Assembly: GCA_011772965.1 (NCBI GenBank)
Contig: WVYN01000014.1
Location: 161,002-225,001 of the forward strand
Source: Gammaproteobacteria bacterium
GTDB taxonomy: Bacteria > Pseudomonadota > Gammaproteobacteria > Eutrophobiales > Eutrophobiaceae
Length of the DNA: 64,000 nucleotides
Reading direction: 5' to 3'
Shown here: in pieces, positions 21,493-31,140 of the stretch
How positions within the stretch are numbered: position 1 is the first letter of the stretch
Layout: each line of letters begins with the position of its first letter
Notes under the pieces: generated by a model
What the model was told of the DNA's origin: nothing
Seen by the model: only the letters and a program-made list of their open reading frames with translations
Database searches by the model: none
Translations under genes and position numbers: made by a program

Positions 21493-22495
21493 TTCGGCCC
21501 GGTTCAGCTCATTCCATGTAAGTGACAAGTCTTCTGTCCGGACGATCATGCTCCAGGTCAGTATTGCTCTCGTGCCTGGAATCCTGTGTTATGCATGGAT
21601 TATGGGCTGGGGCGTCATCTTGCAGTGTCTTTTGGCCATCTTATTTGCAACTACCCTGGAGTCCATCGTCCTCCTCATCAGACGCATACCTGTAAAAGCG
21701 TTTCTATTTGATGGCAGCACAGTCGTAACAGCATTATTATTTGCTATTTGCCTGTCACCTTATGCCCCCTGGTGGGCAAATCTGGCCGGCATTGCTTTTG
21801 GTGTTGTCGTCATAAAGCACTGCTATGGTGGTCTTGGACAAAATATATTTAACCCTGCCATAGCTGGCTATGTGTTCACACTCCTGTGTTTTCCGATGGA
21901 ACTATCCATTTACCCGGACCCGGGCAATTACCCGGGATTTCTGGATACCATCAGGATTATCAATGGCAATTTTCCACATTACCCGGACGCAATAGCTGGG
22001 GCGACTGTTCTTTCAACATTAAAATCCGGCCTGCATGACATGAAGATGATTTCTGAAATCAGTCAATCTCCGGTATTTGGAGTACTGGCAGGAAGAAGTA
22101 CAGAGTGGATTGCAGCTCTCTGGTTTGCAGGAGGAATCTTCCTGATAGTCCGCAAGATAATTAAATGGCAGGTACCTGTTGTCTTTCTGGGCACCATGTT
22201 TCTAATTAGCCTTGTATTTTACTGGTTCGACAGTAGTCATTATCCTTCTCCTGTTTTTACCCTGTTTGCAGGTGGCAGCATGCTCGCTGCGTTTTTTATT
22301 ATTACTGAACCCGTATCCTCATCCACCACGCCTGCAGGCCGCCTGTTATTCGCAGCAGGTACAGCTATTTTCGCTTATATCATCAGAACCTGGGGTAATT
22401 ATCCAGATGGAATTGCCTTTGCGGTATTAATAATGAATTTTTCAGCACCTTTACTAGACCGCTTGACCAGGCCCCGGGTACTGGGGGAAAGATGA
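21485..22495 (+). CDS. rnfD: Rnf/Rsx complex subunit D
   Basis: DGS.VVTALL, K..YGGLGQN.FNPA, flavinylation AGAT, FFIITEP, YPDG.AFAVL.MN. Confidence 0.93.
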   Translation: MSDSARFSSFHVSDKSSVRTIMLQVSIALVPGILCYAWIMGWGVILQCLLAILFATTLESIVLLIRRIPVKAFLFDGSTVVTALLFAICLSPYAPWWANLAGIAFGVVVIKHCYGGLGQNIFNPAIAGYVFTLLCFPMELSIYPDPGNYPGFLDTIRIINGNFPHYPDAIAGATVLSTLKSGLHDMKMISEISQSPVFGVLAGRSTEWIAALWFAGGIFLIVRKIIKWQVPVVFLGTMFLISLVFYWFDSSHYPSPVFTLFAGGSMLAAFFIITEPVSSSTTPAGRLLFAAGTAIFAYIIRTWGNYPDGIAFAVLIMNFSAPLLDRLTRPRVLGER

Positions 22496-23121
22496 CATTC
22501 CCACAAAGAAAAGTGTTTATTCCGATGCTAATCACCGCAACTATATGCGCTGGCCTGATAATCTCTTTACATATCGCCAGTAAAGATGTCATTAAAAAAA
22601 ACAAGCAACAATACATTCTAAAAGCTACAAATGGCATGTTAACTGTAGAATATGACAATCTTATTTATGACGATTACATGGAAATTAACAATCCCGCTTT
22701 ATCAGGGGATGGCTCTATTACACGTGTTTATCGGGCAATGAAAGACGGAACCGGGATGGGGGTTCTGTACATGCCGGTCGTAACAAAAGGTTACATTGGA
22801 CCGGTATCGCTTGCCATAAGTATATCACGTGATGGTCGTATTATGTCGGTCAGAGTAATCAAGCAGAAGGAATCCAGAGGGCTGGGGGCTGAAATAGATC
22901 AGAATAATTCGGACTGGATCACACAATTCTACGGCTTGTCTTTAAAAGATGTTCCTTCAGAATACTGGCGGGTTGGATCAGAACCAGGAAAATTTGATGT
23001 AATCAGTGGGGCAACGATCTCATCGCGTGCAGTTACCGAAGCAATCAGGGAAACTCTTGAACACTACAATAAAAATAATGATATACTTTATAAAGTAGAA
23101 ATTGAAAGAGATCCATTGTGA
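22492..23121 (+). CDS. rnfG: Rnf/Rsx complex subunit G
   Basis: N-terminal TM anchor, GY.G, ES.GLG..I, FDVISGATISSRAV flavinylation motif. Confidence 0.92.
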   Translation: MTFPQRKVFIPMLITATICAGLIISLHIASKDVIKKNKQQYILKATNGMLTVEYDNLIYDDYMEINNPALSGDGSITRVYRAMKDGTGMGVLYMPVVTKGYIGPVSLAISISRDGRIMSVRVIKQKESRGLGAEIDQNNSDWITQFYGLSLKDVPSEYWRVGSEPGKFDVISGATISSRAVTEAIRETLEHYNKNNDILYKVEIERDPL

Positions 23122-23807
23122 GCCTTGTCAACAAAACCAGAGATAAAACTGAACAAATAATAAAGTATCTTCGTTCACATCCTGATTTCTTTCAGGAGAA
23201 CCCTGACATACTCGCTAATATCAACATACCTCACCTGCCTGATCAGGAAGTAAGTTCTATGCTTGAATACCAGGTGCAGCGGCTCAGGCATCAGGTGTCT
23301 GAAACAGAAACAAAAATTGAGATATTAGAAAAACAGGCGAGTGTTAATAGTCTGTTTGTTGATGATGTACTTTCCTTCTCTCTTGGCTTGTATGACTGCA
23401 GTGATTTAAGGGAACTTTCAACGTTACTCTCAAATGGTATGGGTCAATATTATTCTGCTGACATATCATCTTTAATAATCTTTTCAGAGCCAAGTGGAGG
23501 ACTTGATCTGATTATCTATGATATTGAACCTGTGAGTGACAAAATCAGATTTATGTTTACTGAGCTATTTCACAGAAACAAGCCCCTGTGCGACAGTCTT
23601 CAGGAAGAGCATCTCAATACCCTGTTCGATATTGATACAGATAATATTTGTTCTACAGTGATCTTGCCGTTACAAGGAAAAGGCTGGCGTGGGCTCATCG
23701 TCCTGGGATCCCAAGAACCTAATTGCTATAAACAAGGCATTGAACTGGAGATGCTCGCTTACCTCAGTAAGCTGGTTCAAATGAAGGTTGATCATATCCT
23801 TGCCTGA
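23118..23807 (+). CDS. DUF484 (YigA-like) family protein
   Basis: YL..HPDFF...P.IL..I.IPH...VSS.LEYQV.RLR, coiled coil then GAF-like C-terminus (L.LGS.EP..Y); GTG start overlaps rnfG stop. Confidence 0.8.
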   Translation: MSLVNKTRDKTEQIIKYLRSHPDFFQENPDILANINIPHLPDQEVSSMLEYQVQRLRHQVSETETKIEILEKQASVNSLFVDDVLSFSLGLYDCSDLRELSTLLSNGMGQYYSADISSLIIFSEPSGGLDLIIYDIEPVSDKIRFMFTELFHRNKPLCDSLQEEHLNTLFDIDTDNICSTVILPLQGKGWRGLIVLGSQEPNCYKQGIELEMLAYLSKLVQMKVDHILA

Positions 23808-24059
23808 CTCCTAGTCCCACTTATTCCGGAAGGAAAGTGGCCAGAATCAATTAGCTTTATCAATCGTTAATTACTATACTATTTCTAGTAATCACAGATA
23901 AGTGCATCTAAAATAATAACTATTATTCATGAATCATTGCCATTCATAAGCTTGCCGAAAATGGAATTTTATTTCAGACAGAATCTGTTGCTCGTTTTAG
24001 ATGACCGGGTTATTGCAACATCAGTGCCTGACATTACTGGACTATTAGGTTTTTATTAA

Positions 24060-25295
24060 ATGTTGGCAAACGACAACAACCCGGCCCCCGTGGATATGGG
24101 TAACCTCAAAATCATGGTCGTCGATGATGATCCCGTTATCCTGCAACTTGCAAAAAAAATCCTGCGGGAATCAGGTGCCAGGAATATTGACACAGCCTGT
24201 AATGGTCTCGAAGCTATTGCCAGCTTATCAAGGTCTGCTCCCCAAGAGTATGACATCGTGCTTTGTGATCTGAACATGCCGGAAATGAATGGCGTTGAAT
24301 TATTGAACGAGATAGCAAAAAACGGATATAACGGAGGGATTCTTATACTGAGTGGCGAAGAGGACAGATTGCTTGAATCAGCTTATGAGCTTGCCAAAGC
24401 TCATAATCTGAACATAATTGGTGCCATATCAAAAGATTTATTAATATCCGAGATCGTAAACAAGATCCAGGAAAACTATCAACCTTATCATGTCGATGTA
24501 GATCCCAGTAATGATGAAGCGATATCTATCAATGAACTGGAATCAGGTATTAGTAGCCATCCAAATTCCCTTTTACTCTATTACCAGCCCAAAGTTTCAA
24601 TTATTGATCAAACCATCAAGGGCATTGAAATTCTTTCAAGATGGCAGCACCCGGAGAGAGGAACATTACTGCCTTCTGCTTTCATCCCCCTGGCTGAGGA
24701 ATGCGGGCTGATTCATGACCTGACATTTGCTATATATAAAAAAGCATTAAAACAAATCAGTCAATGGCAAAAGTCAGGAATTTATATTGATGCCTCAATT
24801 AATATATCAGTCAATTCATTCGCTTCCCCAGATTTTTCCAGTTTCCTGATTGCTACTGCTGAAAAATTTAATGTGGATATATCCCGAATTATTCTTGAAG
24901 TTACTGAAAGTGAGATCATGCAGGACACAATCCGCTGCATGGAGATCATGATGAATCTCAGAATGAAAAAATTTGGACTTTCAATTGATGATTTCGGTAC
25001 TGGTCATTCTTCTATGGAGAAGCTCAAGATAATACCGTTTACAGAACTTAAGATTGACCGAGCTTTTGTCAGGGATGCTGATAAAAGTTCAACTGCTAAA
25101 TTTATTGTTGAGTCCAGTATTGAGCTGGCCAAAAAACTGAATATGAAGATTGTTGCAGAGGGCGTTGAAAACCGAAAAAACTGGATGATGGTCGAACAAA
25201 TGGGATGTGACCTAGCCCAGGGTTTTTATTGTGGCGCCCCCATGTCAAACCCGGATCTCATTGACTTTATAAAATACTGGAAAGGTCCTCACTGA
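24060..25295 (+). CDS. Response regulator c-di-GMP phosphodiesterase (REC-EAL)
   Basis: VVDDD, CDLNMP; YYQPKV, EILSRW, INIS, LEVTES, DDFGTG, LKIDRAFV, VAEGVE, AQGF. Confidence 0.92.
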   Translation: MLANDNNPAPVDMGNLKIMVVDDDPVILQLAKKILRESGARNIDTACNGLEAIASLSRSAPQEYDIVLCDLNMPEMNGVELLNEIAKNGYNGGILILSGEEDRLLESAYELAKAHNLNIIGAISKDLLISEIVNKIQENYQPYHVDVDPSNDEAISINELESGISSHPNSLLLYYQPKVSIIDQTIKGIEILSRWQHPERGTLLPSAFIPLAEECGLIHDLTFAIYKKALKQISQWQKSGIYIDASINISVNSFASPDFSSFLIATAEKFNVDISRIILEVTESEIMQDTIRCMEIMMNLRMKKFGLSIDDFGTGHSSMEKLKIIPFTELKIDRAFVRDADKSSTAKFIVESSIELAKKLNMKIVAEGVENRKNWMMVEQMGCDLAQGFYCGAPMSNPDLIDFIKYWKGPH

Positions 25296-25313
25296 TAGAC
25301 AGTTTTATCTAAC

Positions 25314-26318
25314 CTACCTGACCCACTCCAGCGGCCCTTCATCCATTAAAGCGGCCTGTTCACGTAAACTGAGAATTTGATCCTGCCAGTAATGTTGTGT
25401 ATTGAAATAGGGAAATGCCAGCGGGAAAGCCGGGTCTTCCCAGCGGCGTGCAATCCAACTTGAAAAATACATCATTCGCAAGGATCGCAACGCCTCAAGA
25501 AGATGAAGTTCCCGGGCATCAAAGTCACAAAATTCAGTATAACCCTCCAGCAGATCAGCTAACCTTGACGTCATGTAAGGCCGGTCACCAGAGAGAAACA
25601 TCCACAGATCCTGTATTGCCGGCCCTATTCTGGCATCATCGAAATCAAGAATAACAGGTGTTTCATCATGCCAGAGAATATTACCCGCATGACAGTCGCC
25701 GTGCAGGCGAATGTTGCTGATATTTCCAGCACGCTCATAACATTGCTGGATTCGTTTGATAATGTCATCGCAAAGGGTGCTATATGATTCTTTCAACTCA
25801 TGCGGTATAAAATCATTTTCCAGCAGGTATTGTCTGGAAGCATCTCCAAATTCATTGATACTGATATCCGGCCGGTAAGCAAACGAACCCGTTTGACCAA
25901 CACTGTGAATTCGACCGATATAGCGACCGAGTTGGGTCAAATGGTCGGGAGAATCCAGTTCGGGTGGACGGCCACCCTGGCGCGGATAGAGCGCAAAGCG
26001 GAAGTGATCATGGCTGAATAAGGTCGCATTTTCCTGCACAAGCGGTGTTATTACGGGAATTTCATATTCAGATAATTCGCCGGTAAAGCGATGCTCTTCC
26101 AGGATTTGCTCATCACTCCACCGGCCTGGCCGATAAAATTTGGCAACCACGGAGTCTGATCCCTCAATACCCACCTGGTAAACCCGGTTCTCGTAACTGT
26201 TCAGGGCAAAGATCCTGCCATCGCAATTAAATCCTTTACTTTCAATAGCCTCCAGAATTTTCTGAGGATCAAGATTAAGATAACACTGTAATTCTGTATT
26301 TTCCTGCATGACAGTCAT
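25314..26318 (-). CDS. srkA: Stress response serine/threonine kinase SrkA (YihE/RdoA)
   Basis: LNSYENRVYQ, AKFYRPGRWS, RLHGDCHAGNIL, DFDD, GPAIQDLWM, RRWEDPAFP; start could be 26318 or 26309. Confidence 0.93.
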   Translation of the reverse strand: MTVMQENTELQCYLNLDPQKILEAIESKGFNCDGRIFALNSYENRVYQVGIEGSDSVVAKFYRPGRWSDEQILEEHRFTGELSEYEIPVITPLVQENATLFSHDHFRFALYPRQGGRPPELDSPDHLTQLGRYIGRIHSVGQTGSFAYRPDISINEFGDASRQYLLENDFIPHELKESYSTLCDDIIKRIQQCYERAGNISNIRLHGDCHAGNILWHDETPVILDFDDARIGPAIQDLWMFLSGDRPYMTSRLADLLEGYTEFCDFDARELHLLEALRSLRMMYFSSWIARRWEDPAFPLAFPYFNTQHYWQDQILSLREQAALMDEGPLEWVR

Positions 26319-26389
26319 TGTAACAGCACTCTGGAACTCTGCAGATTGATTGAATAAGATGTGATAAATCAATTTTCGTAAGCATTTTC

Positions 26390-27649
26390 ATGCCCATAGA
26401 TATTGACACTATTACCGCTGAGGCTACTGCTGGAAACCTTGATGCCCAAGTACAGCTCGCAGAGCTTTACGACCATGGCTTTGGTGTCATGCAAGACCCC
26501 GCGAATGCAGTGTACTGGTACCGGAAAGCGGCCGAACTTGGCTCAGCCAAGGCGCAAAGGCGACTGGGCAAAATGTATGCAACTGGCCGGGGGATCTGCA
26601 GGGATTATCTCAATGCTGTCTACTGGCTCAGCCGTGCCGCCAACCAGGATGATGCCGGTTCCCAGGCCAGTCTTGCCTGGTGTTACCAGCAGGGACTGGG
26701 GCTTGAAAAAGATATCCAACAGGCAAGCAAATGGTATTTACGTGCCGCCACTCTTGGCCATGCAGGTGCACGCTATAACCTGGGCTATATGTATGCCAAC
26801 GGATCTGGTTTAGTGCAAAACCAGAAGGAAGCCCTGCGCTGGTACCGACTTGCAGCTGAACAGGGCCATACCAAGGCCCAGCTCAACGCCGCAATCATGT
26901 ATCTCCAGGGGATAGGCACAGAAAAAAATGAATCAGAAGGGGCGAGACTCTATCAACTGGCCGCAGAACAGGGCTATGTAAAAGCGCAGTATAACTTGGC
27001 CATGTTATATGCCAGCGGTTACGGTGTCCCGCAAAATGATGAAACTGCGTATGAATGGTTACTGGAAGCAGCGACCAAGGGATATGCCAGGGCCCAGTTC
27101 AATCTTGCCCTTGCCTATATCTACGGGCTGGGGATAGATCAGGATTATGAAAAGGCCATTATGTGGCTACGCCGTTCGGCCAATCAGAATTATGCTAAGG
27201 CCTATTACCAGCTAGGTTATCTGACTGCCGAAGGACTGGGTCTACCAAGGGATGAGAAAGAGTCAGCAAAATTTTTTCGCCTGGCCGCCAACCATGGCTA
27301 TCCCAGGGCACAGTATCGTCTGGGCAGGTTATATGACAAGGGTAAGGGTGTTAATCGCGACCCGGTAGCTGCCCACTACTGGTATACTCAGGCGGCAAAT
27401 CAGGGACACAGCAAATCCCAGTTTATACTTGGTTTGAATTATGCAGGTAGAAACGGGAATCGCAGCCGGGCTGATCTGGTCAGGGCCTGTGCCTGGTTAT
27501 CACTTGCTGCAAAAGATAACAATAGTAAACACATTTCCTTTCTCAACAAGTTAGCATTGAAACTGAAAACTGAGGAACTTCAACAGGCCAAGGATCTGGC
27601 TGATGCCCTGCTGAAGGATCATACTGCCCAGACAAAAAGCATCGCCTGA
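26390..27649 (+). CDS. Sel1-like repeat protein (about 10 repeats)
   Basis: Repeated AQ.NLG.MY..G.GV.QD...A..WYR.AAEQG units; no signal peptide. Confidence 0.93.
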   Translation: MPIDIDTITAEATAGNLDAQVQLAELYDHGFGVMQDPANAVYWYRKAAELGSAKAQRRLGKMYATGRGICRDYLNAVYWLSRAANQDDAGSQASLAWCYQQGLGLEKDIQQASKWYLRAATLGHAGARYNLGYMYANGSGLVQNQKEALRWYRLAAEQGHTKAQLNAAIMYLQGIGTEKNESEGARLYQLAAEQGYVKAQYNLAMLYASGYGVPQNDETAYEWLLEAATKGYARAQFNLALAYIYGLGIDQDYEKAIMWLRRSANQNYAKAYYQLGYLTAEGLGLPRDEKESAKFFRLAANHGYPRAQYRLGRLYDKGKGVNRDPVAAHYWYTQAANQGHSKSQFILGLNYAGRNGNRSRADLVRACAWLSLAAKDNNSKHISFLNKLALKLKTEELQQAKDLADALLKDHTAQTKSIA

Positions 27650-27774
27650 ATATCAGGCAATACCAAACAGCTAAACAAAACACTCATTGTGTTCTTGTGT
27701 ATTGTTCCCTTCTACTACACTGATAATTCTTTATGAAATGATTATAATACTGGTCCCGAATAGTACGCATATAA

Positions 27775-27864
<90 letters not shown>

Positions 27865-27960
27865 ATATACCCATGGAGATGTATACATTATAAGCCGAGA
27901 AGTCCATGGATCGACGGGAGCGGTCTCCTTCTCAGCCAAGCGGATGACCAAGAATTCATA

Positions 27961-28629
27961 ATGGTTTTCATGAAATTCCGATTTTGTTTAGGTTTTTTTC
28001 TATTAATCATGCAGCAGCTTGCAGTTGCTGATTCAGTTAATTTTTATGATTATGATGAAGTCGCATCAAAGATTTTCTGGAATGAACTCTATAATGGTCA
28101 AGGTTGGACTTTGTATTGTGGATTACGACTTGCATCAATTCCTTCGCTGACCATATCCGGAATGACAGTATCGATTGAACATATATATACCAGTAATCGT
28201 ATGGTCCAGGCACTCGGTTGCCACAGTCGTCAACAATGCTATGAGAATAATCCCGACTTCAGGATCATGGAATCTGATCTGCATAATCTTTATCCTGTGT
28301 GGATTGACGCAAGCAATGCCTTATATGACAGTGAATACGGCATTATCGAGGGAGAGTACTGGCGCTTTGAAAATTGTGATCTCGAGCGTAAAAAGGGTGT
28401 TGTTGAACCCAGGCCGGTTGCCAGGGGCAACATAGCCCGTGCAATATTCTATATGCATAATACATATAATCTGCCGGTTTCAGAACAGACAATTGAAATT
28501 CTCAAGACATGGAATCTGGCAGACCCACCCAGCAAGCAGGAGATCAGGCGCAATGAAAAGATCCAGAAACTACAGGGCCGGCGTAATCCCTATATTGATA
28601 AACCTTCATTGGTTACGACATTAAAATGA
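27961..28629 (+). CDS. Exported endonuclease I (EndA/Vvn-like) family protein
   Basis: Signal peptide; TLYCG, IEHIY, MESDLHNLYP, EPR..ARGNIARAIFYM, W...DPP...E..RN..I...QG.RNPY; the longer track ORF from 27781 overlaps the tRNA and is not the real start. Confidence 0.85.
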   Translation: MVFMKFRFCLGFFLLIMQQLAVADSVNFYDYDEVASKIFWNELYNGQGWTLYCGLRLASIPSLTISGMTVSIEHIYTSNRMVQALGCHSRQQCYENNPDFRIMESDLHNLYPVWIDASNALYDSEYGIIEGEYWRFENCDLERKKGVVEPRPVARGNIARAIFYMHNTYNLPVSEQTIEILKTWNLADPPSKQEIRRNEKIQKLQGRRNPYIDKPSLVTTLK

Positions 28630-29681
28630 CACTACACAGGGGTCGTTTATTTGTAAACACCTGCCTGATAATCCTGGGCCTCTTGTTTGTTATTACTGCT
28701 TGCGGGAAAAAAACGGGTCAGAAAGATTTTCTCACGCTCACCGGCCTTACCATGGGGACAAGTTATAGCGTCAAGATTATTTATGATGATAAACCGCAGG
28801 AAAAAGCAATCAGGGGTGATATCGACAAGATTCTCGAATCGATCAATCGTAGTATGTCGACCTATATGGATGATTCAGAGTTGTCCAGAATAAACCAGGC
28901 GGCTGCTAATACATGGATTCCGGTATCGAACGATTTGTTTTCTGTTTTAGAGGCCGCAAGGGGAATCGGAAGGAGAAGCAATGGGTCATTCGATGTAACA
29001 GTGGGACCTCTGGTAAATCTCTGGGGATTCGGCCCTACAGAGCGGCCAATCAAACCACCTCCTGCCAGCAGGATCAGTAAATTGCTTGAAACGACTGGCT
29101 TTGAACGATTTGCCCTGGATAAGAAAACGCAGGCCATCAAGAAATCCGCAGATTCCGTCTATATCGATCTATCCGGGATAGCCAAGGGATACGCGGTAGA
29201 CAGGGTATCAAGCTTGCTCTTGGCTAAGTACCAACTGGCTGATCATCTGATCGAGATTGGTGGTGAGGTTAAGGCCTCCGGTCACAACCAGGCAGGAAAC
29301 AAATGGCAAATTGGCGTCGAAAGACCAGACTACACAAAGCGCACGATCCACAGGATCATCGGTCTTGAGGATCTGGCCATGGCCACTTCCGGTAATTACC
29401 GGAATTACTATGACCTTGAAGGAAAGCGTTATAGTCATACCATTGATCCACAAACTGGCTATCCAGTTGACCATCTGCTGCAGTCGGTCAGCGTACTCCA
29501 TGAGAGTGCCATGATAGCGGATGCCTGGGCAACCGCACTTCTTGTCATGGGTACCGAGAAAGCCAAGCTCCAGGCGGAAGAACTGACCCTGCCAGTACTT
29601 ATGGTCAGCAAAACCATGGACGGCAAGCATCGTGAAATCATGAACAATCATTTCAAAAAACATCTCGTAACAACCCATTAA
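28626..29681 (+). CDS. apbE: FAD:protein FMN transferase ApbE (lipoprotein)
   Basis: Lipobox ITAC, TMGT, FDVTVGPLVNLWGFG, DLSGIAKGYAVD, ATSGNYR, HTIDP.TG.P, ADAWATAL. Confidence 0.95.
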   Translation: MTLHRGRLFVNTCLIILGLLFVITACGKKTGQKDFLTLTGLTMGTSYSVKIIYDDKPQEKAIRGDIDKILESINRSMSTYMDDSELSRINQAAANTWIPVSNDLFSVLEAARGIGRRSNGSFDVTVGPLVNLWGFGPTERPIKPPPASRISKLLETTGFERFALDKKTQAIKKSADSVYIDLSGIAKGYAVDRVSSLLLAKYQLADHLIEIGGEVKASGHNQAGNKWQIGVERPDYTKRTIHRIIGLEDLAMATSGNYRNYYDLEGKRYSHTIDPQTGYPVDHLLQSVSVLHESAMIADAWATALLVMGTEKAKLQAEELTLPVLMVSKTMDGKHREIMNNHFKKHLVTTH

Positions 29682-29692
29682 GTCAATACACG

Positions 29693-30031
29693 ATGAAAGC
29701 CATACCTGTCCTGTTGCTGCTGGTTCTGGCTGTCTGGTACTGGCAAATCAGCCTGAGAGGTCGTGAGTATGCCATCAGGCAATGCAAGTCCGTATGTAGG
29801 GATCTTGATATGCAACTGCTTGATCAGACAGTCTCCCTGTCAGGCATTCGACTTGGCATGACAGCAAACCGTGATTTAATGCTGATCAGGCGCTACCGAT
29901 TTGAAACCAGCTGCGACGGCCTGGACCGTTATAATGGTTACATGGTATTACATGGGCTTAATTTACAGTGCGTTGAAGTTGAACAGCCTGGCGGTAAAAT
30001 CATCATAGATAAAACTTCACATTTACATTAA
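29693..30031 (+). CDS. DUF3301 family membrane protein
   Basis: TM helix then RE.A...C...C...QLLDQTV, RRYRFE.S.DG..RY.G. Confidence 0.8.
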   Translation: MKAIPVLLLLVLAVWYWQISLRGREYAIRQCKSVCRDLDMQLLDQTVSLSGIRLGMTANRDLMLIRRYRFETSCDGLDRYNGYMVLHGLNLQCVEVEQPGGKIIIDKTSHLH

Positions 30032-30050
30032 TAGCCTACAGGAGTCTGAA

Positions 30051-30533
30051 ATGCCCTCATTCGACATCGTATCCGAGATCGATATGCATGAACTCAGTAA
30101 TTCAATTGACCAGGCCAACCGGGAAATTACCAACCGATTTGATTTCAAGGGTACGAATTCAAGGGTGGAGTTGAAGGAAAACATCATCACTTTGGTGGCA
30201 CCTGCCGAATTCCAGATAAAACAAATTGAAGACATTCTAACCACGAAGATGTCAAAACGTGGTATAGATATTAAATGCCTCGAAAAGGGTGAGGTTACAG
30301 AAAATATTAACGAAGCCAAGAAGGCCATTACTGTCCGTCAGGGGATTGATAAAGAACTGGCAAAGACACTGGTAAAGCTGGTAAAAGATACCAAACTCAA
30401 GGTTCAGTCATCAATCCAGGGAGAACAGGTGCGGGTCACAGGTAAAAAGCGCGACGATTTGCAGGAGGTAATCCAGATGCTTAAAAACAGCAAGCTGGAT
30501 TTCCCGCTGCAATTCACCAACTTCAGGGACTAA
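30051..30533 (+). CDS. yajQ: YajQ family cyclic di-GMP-binding protein
   Basis: MPSFDIVSE, NRFDFKG, IQGEQVRVTGKKRDDLQ, PLQFTNFRD. Confidence 0.96.
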   Translation: MPSFDIVSEIDMHELSNSIDQANREITNRFDFKGTNSRVELKENIITLVAPAEFQIKQIEDILTTKMSKRGIDIKCLEKGEVTENINEAKKAITVRQGIDKELAKTLVKLVKDTKLKVQSSIQGEQVRVTGKKRDDLQEVIQMLKNSKLDFPLQFTNFRD

Positions 30534-31078
30534 ATCTTTCCATCAAGCCCCATCTGATAGTATTTGTGGACAATTTCTTCCTGGTTTGCCAGTAACCAGT
30601 CAATGTCCGGTTCATTCTTCATGGCCTTCTCTATGGCATTGAAAGTAGCTTTCCGATGAATATCAAACAGGATTTTGTGATCAAGCTCTTCTGCATCGGC
30701 AACCATCGGGTTTAACCAGACCGAGACTATAATCCCGAGATCATTCGTTTTCGCTTTAGGAATAATACCTTCTCTGACTGTATCCAGAACACCGTTGGCT
30801 ATTGCTCCCTGTACTGTTCCCATGAGGATATTGGTATAACGCTCCTTGTTAACAGTCACCTTGCTAACCATCAAGGTAGCCGGCTTGACCATGATGTCGG
30901 TGTTCATAATCGCCAATACGCGTGAATGTCCCTTGACCTGGTCACCCAGTAATGTGGCAAAAGCCGTACCGACCGGCCCGTCCAGTTCGCCTATGATTAT
31001 TTCCGGCTCTGCCGCTGTCCCCTGAGGTCCTCCCGCAACCAATGCCTCGCCTACACGCATAACAATACGTTCACTCAT
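30530..31078 (-). CDS. Formaldehyde-activating enzyme family protein (divergent Fae paralogue)
   Basis: VGEALV, IIGELDGPVGTAF, KPATLM.SKVTV, G..Q.AIA.GV.D.V.EGIIP, EP..DWL. Confidence 0.85.
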   Translation of the reverse strand: MSERIVMRVGEALVAGGPQGTAAEPEIIIGELDGPVGTAFATLLGDQVKGHSRVLAIMNTDIMVKPATLMVSKVTVNKERYTNILMGTVQGAIANGVLDTVREGIIPKAKTNDLGIIVSVWLNPMVADAEELDHKILFDIHRKATFNAIEKAMKNEPDIDWLLANQEEIVHKYYQMGLDGKI

Positions 31079-31140
31079 TAAATTACTCCTGATATTTGTT
31101 TTATTAAAAAAGACGGGTAAACCGTAAACCTGACAAATGA

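Noticed and set aside
26390..27649. Roughly 108-bp periodicity as a possible DNA repeat array
   Set aside because: Explained by Sel1 protein repeats; no identical repeats with spacers, so no CRISPR
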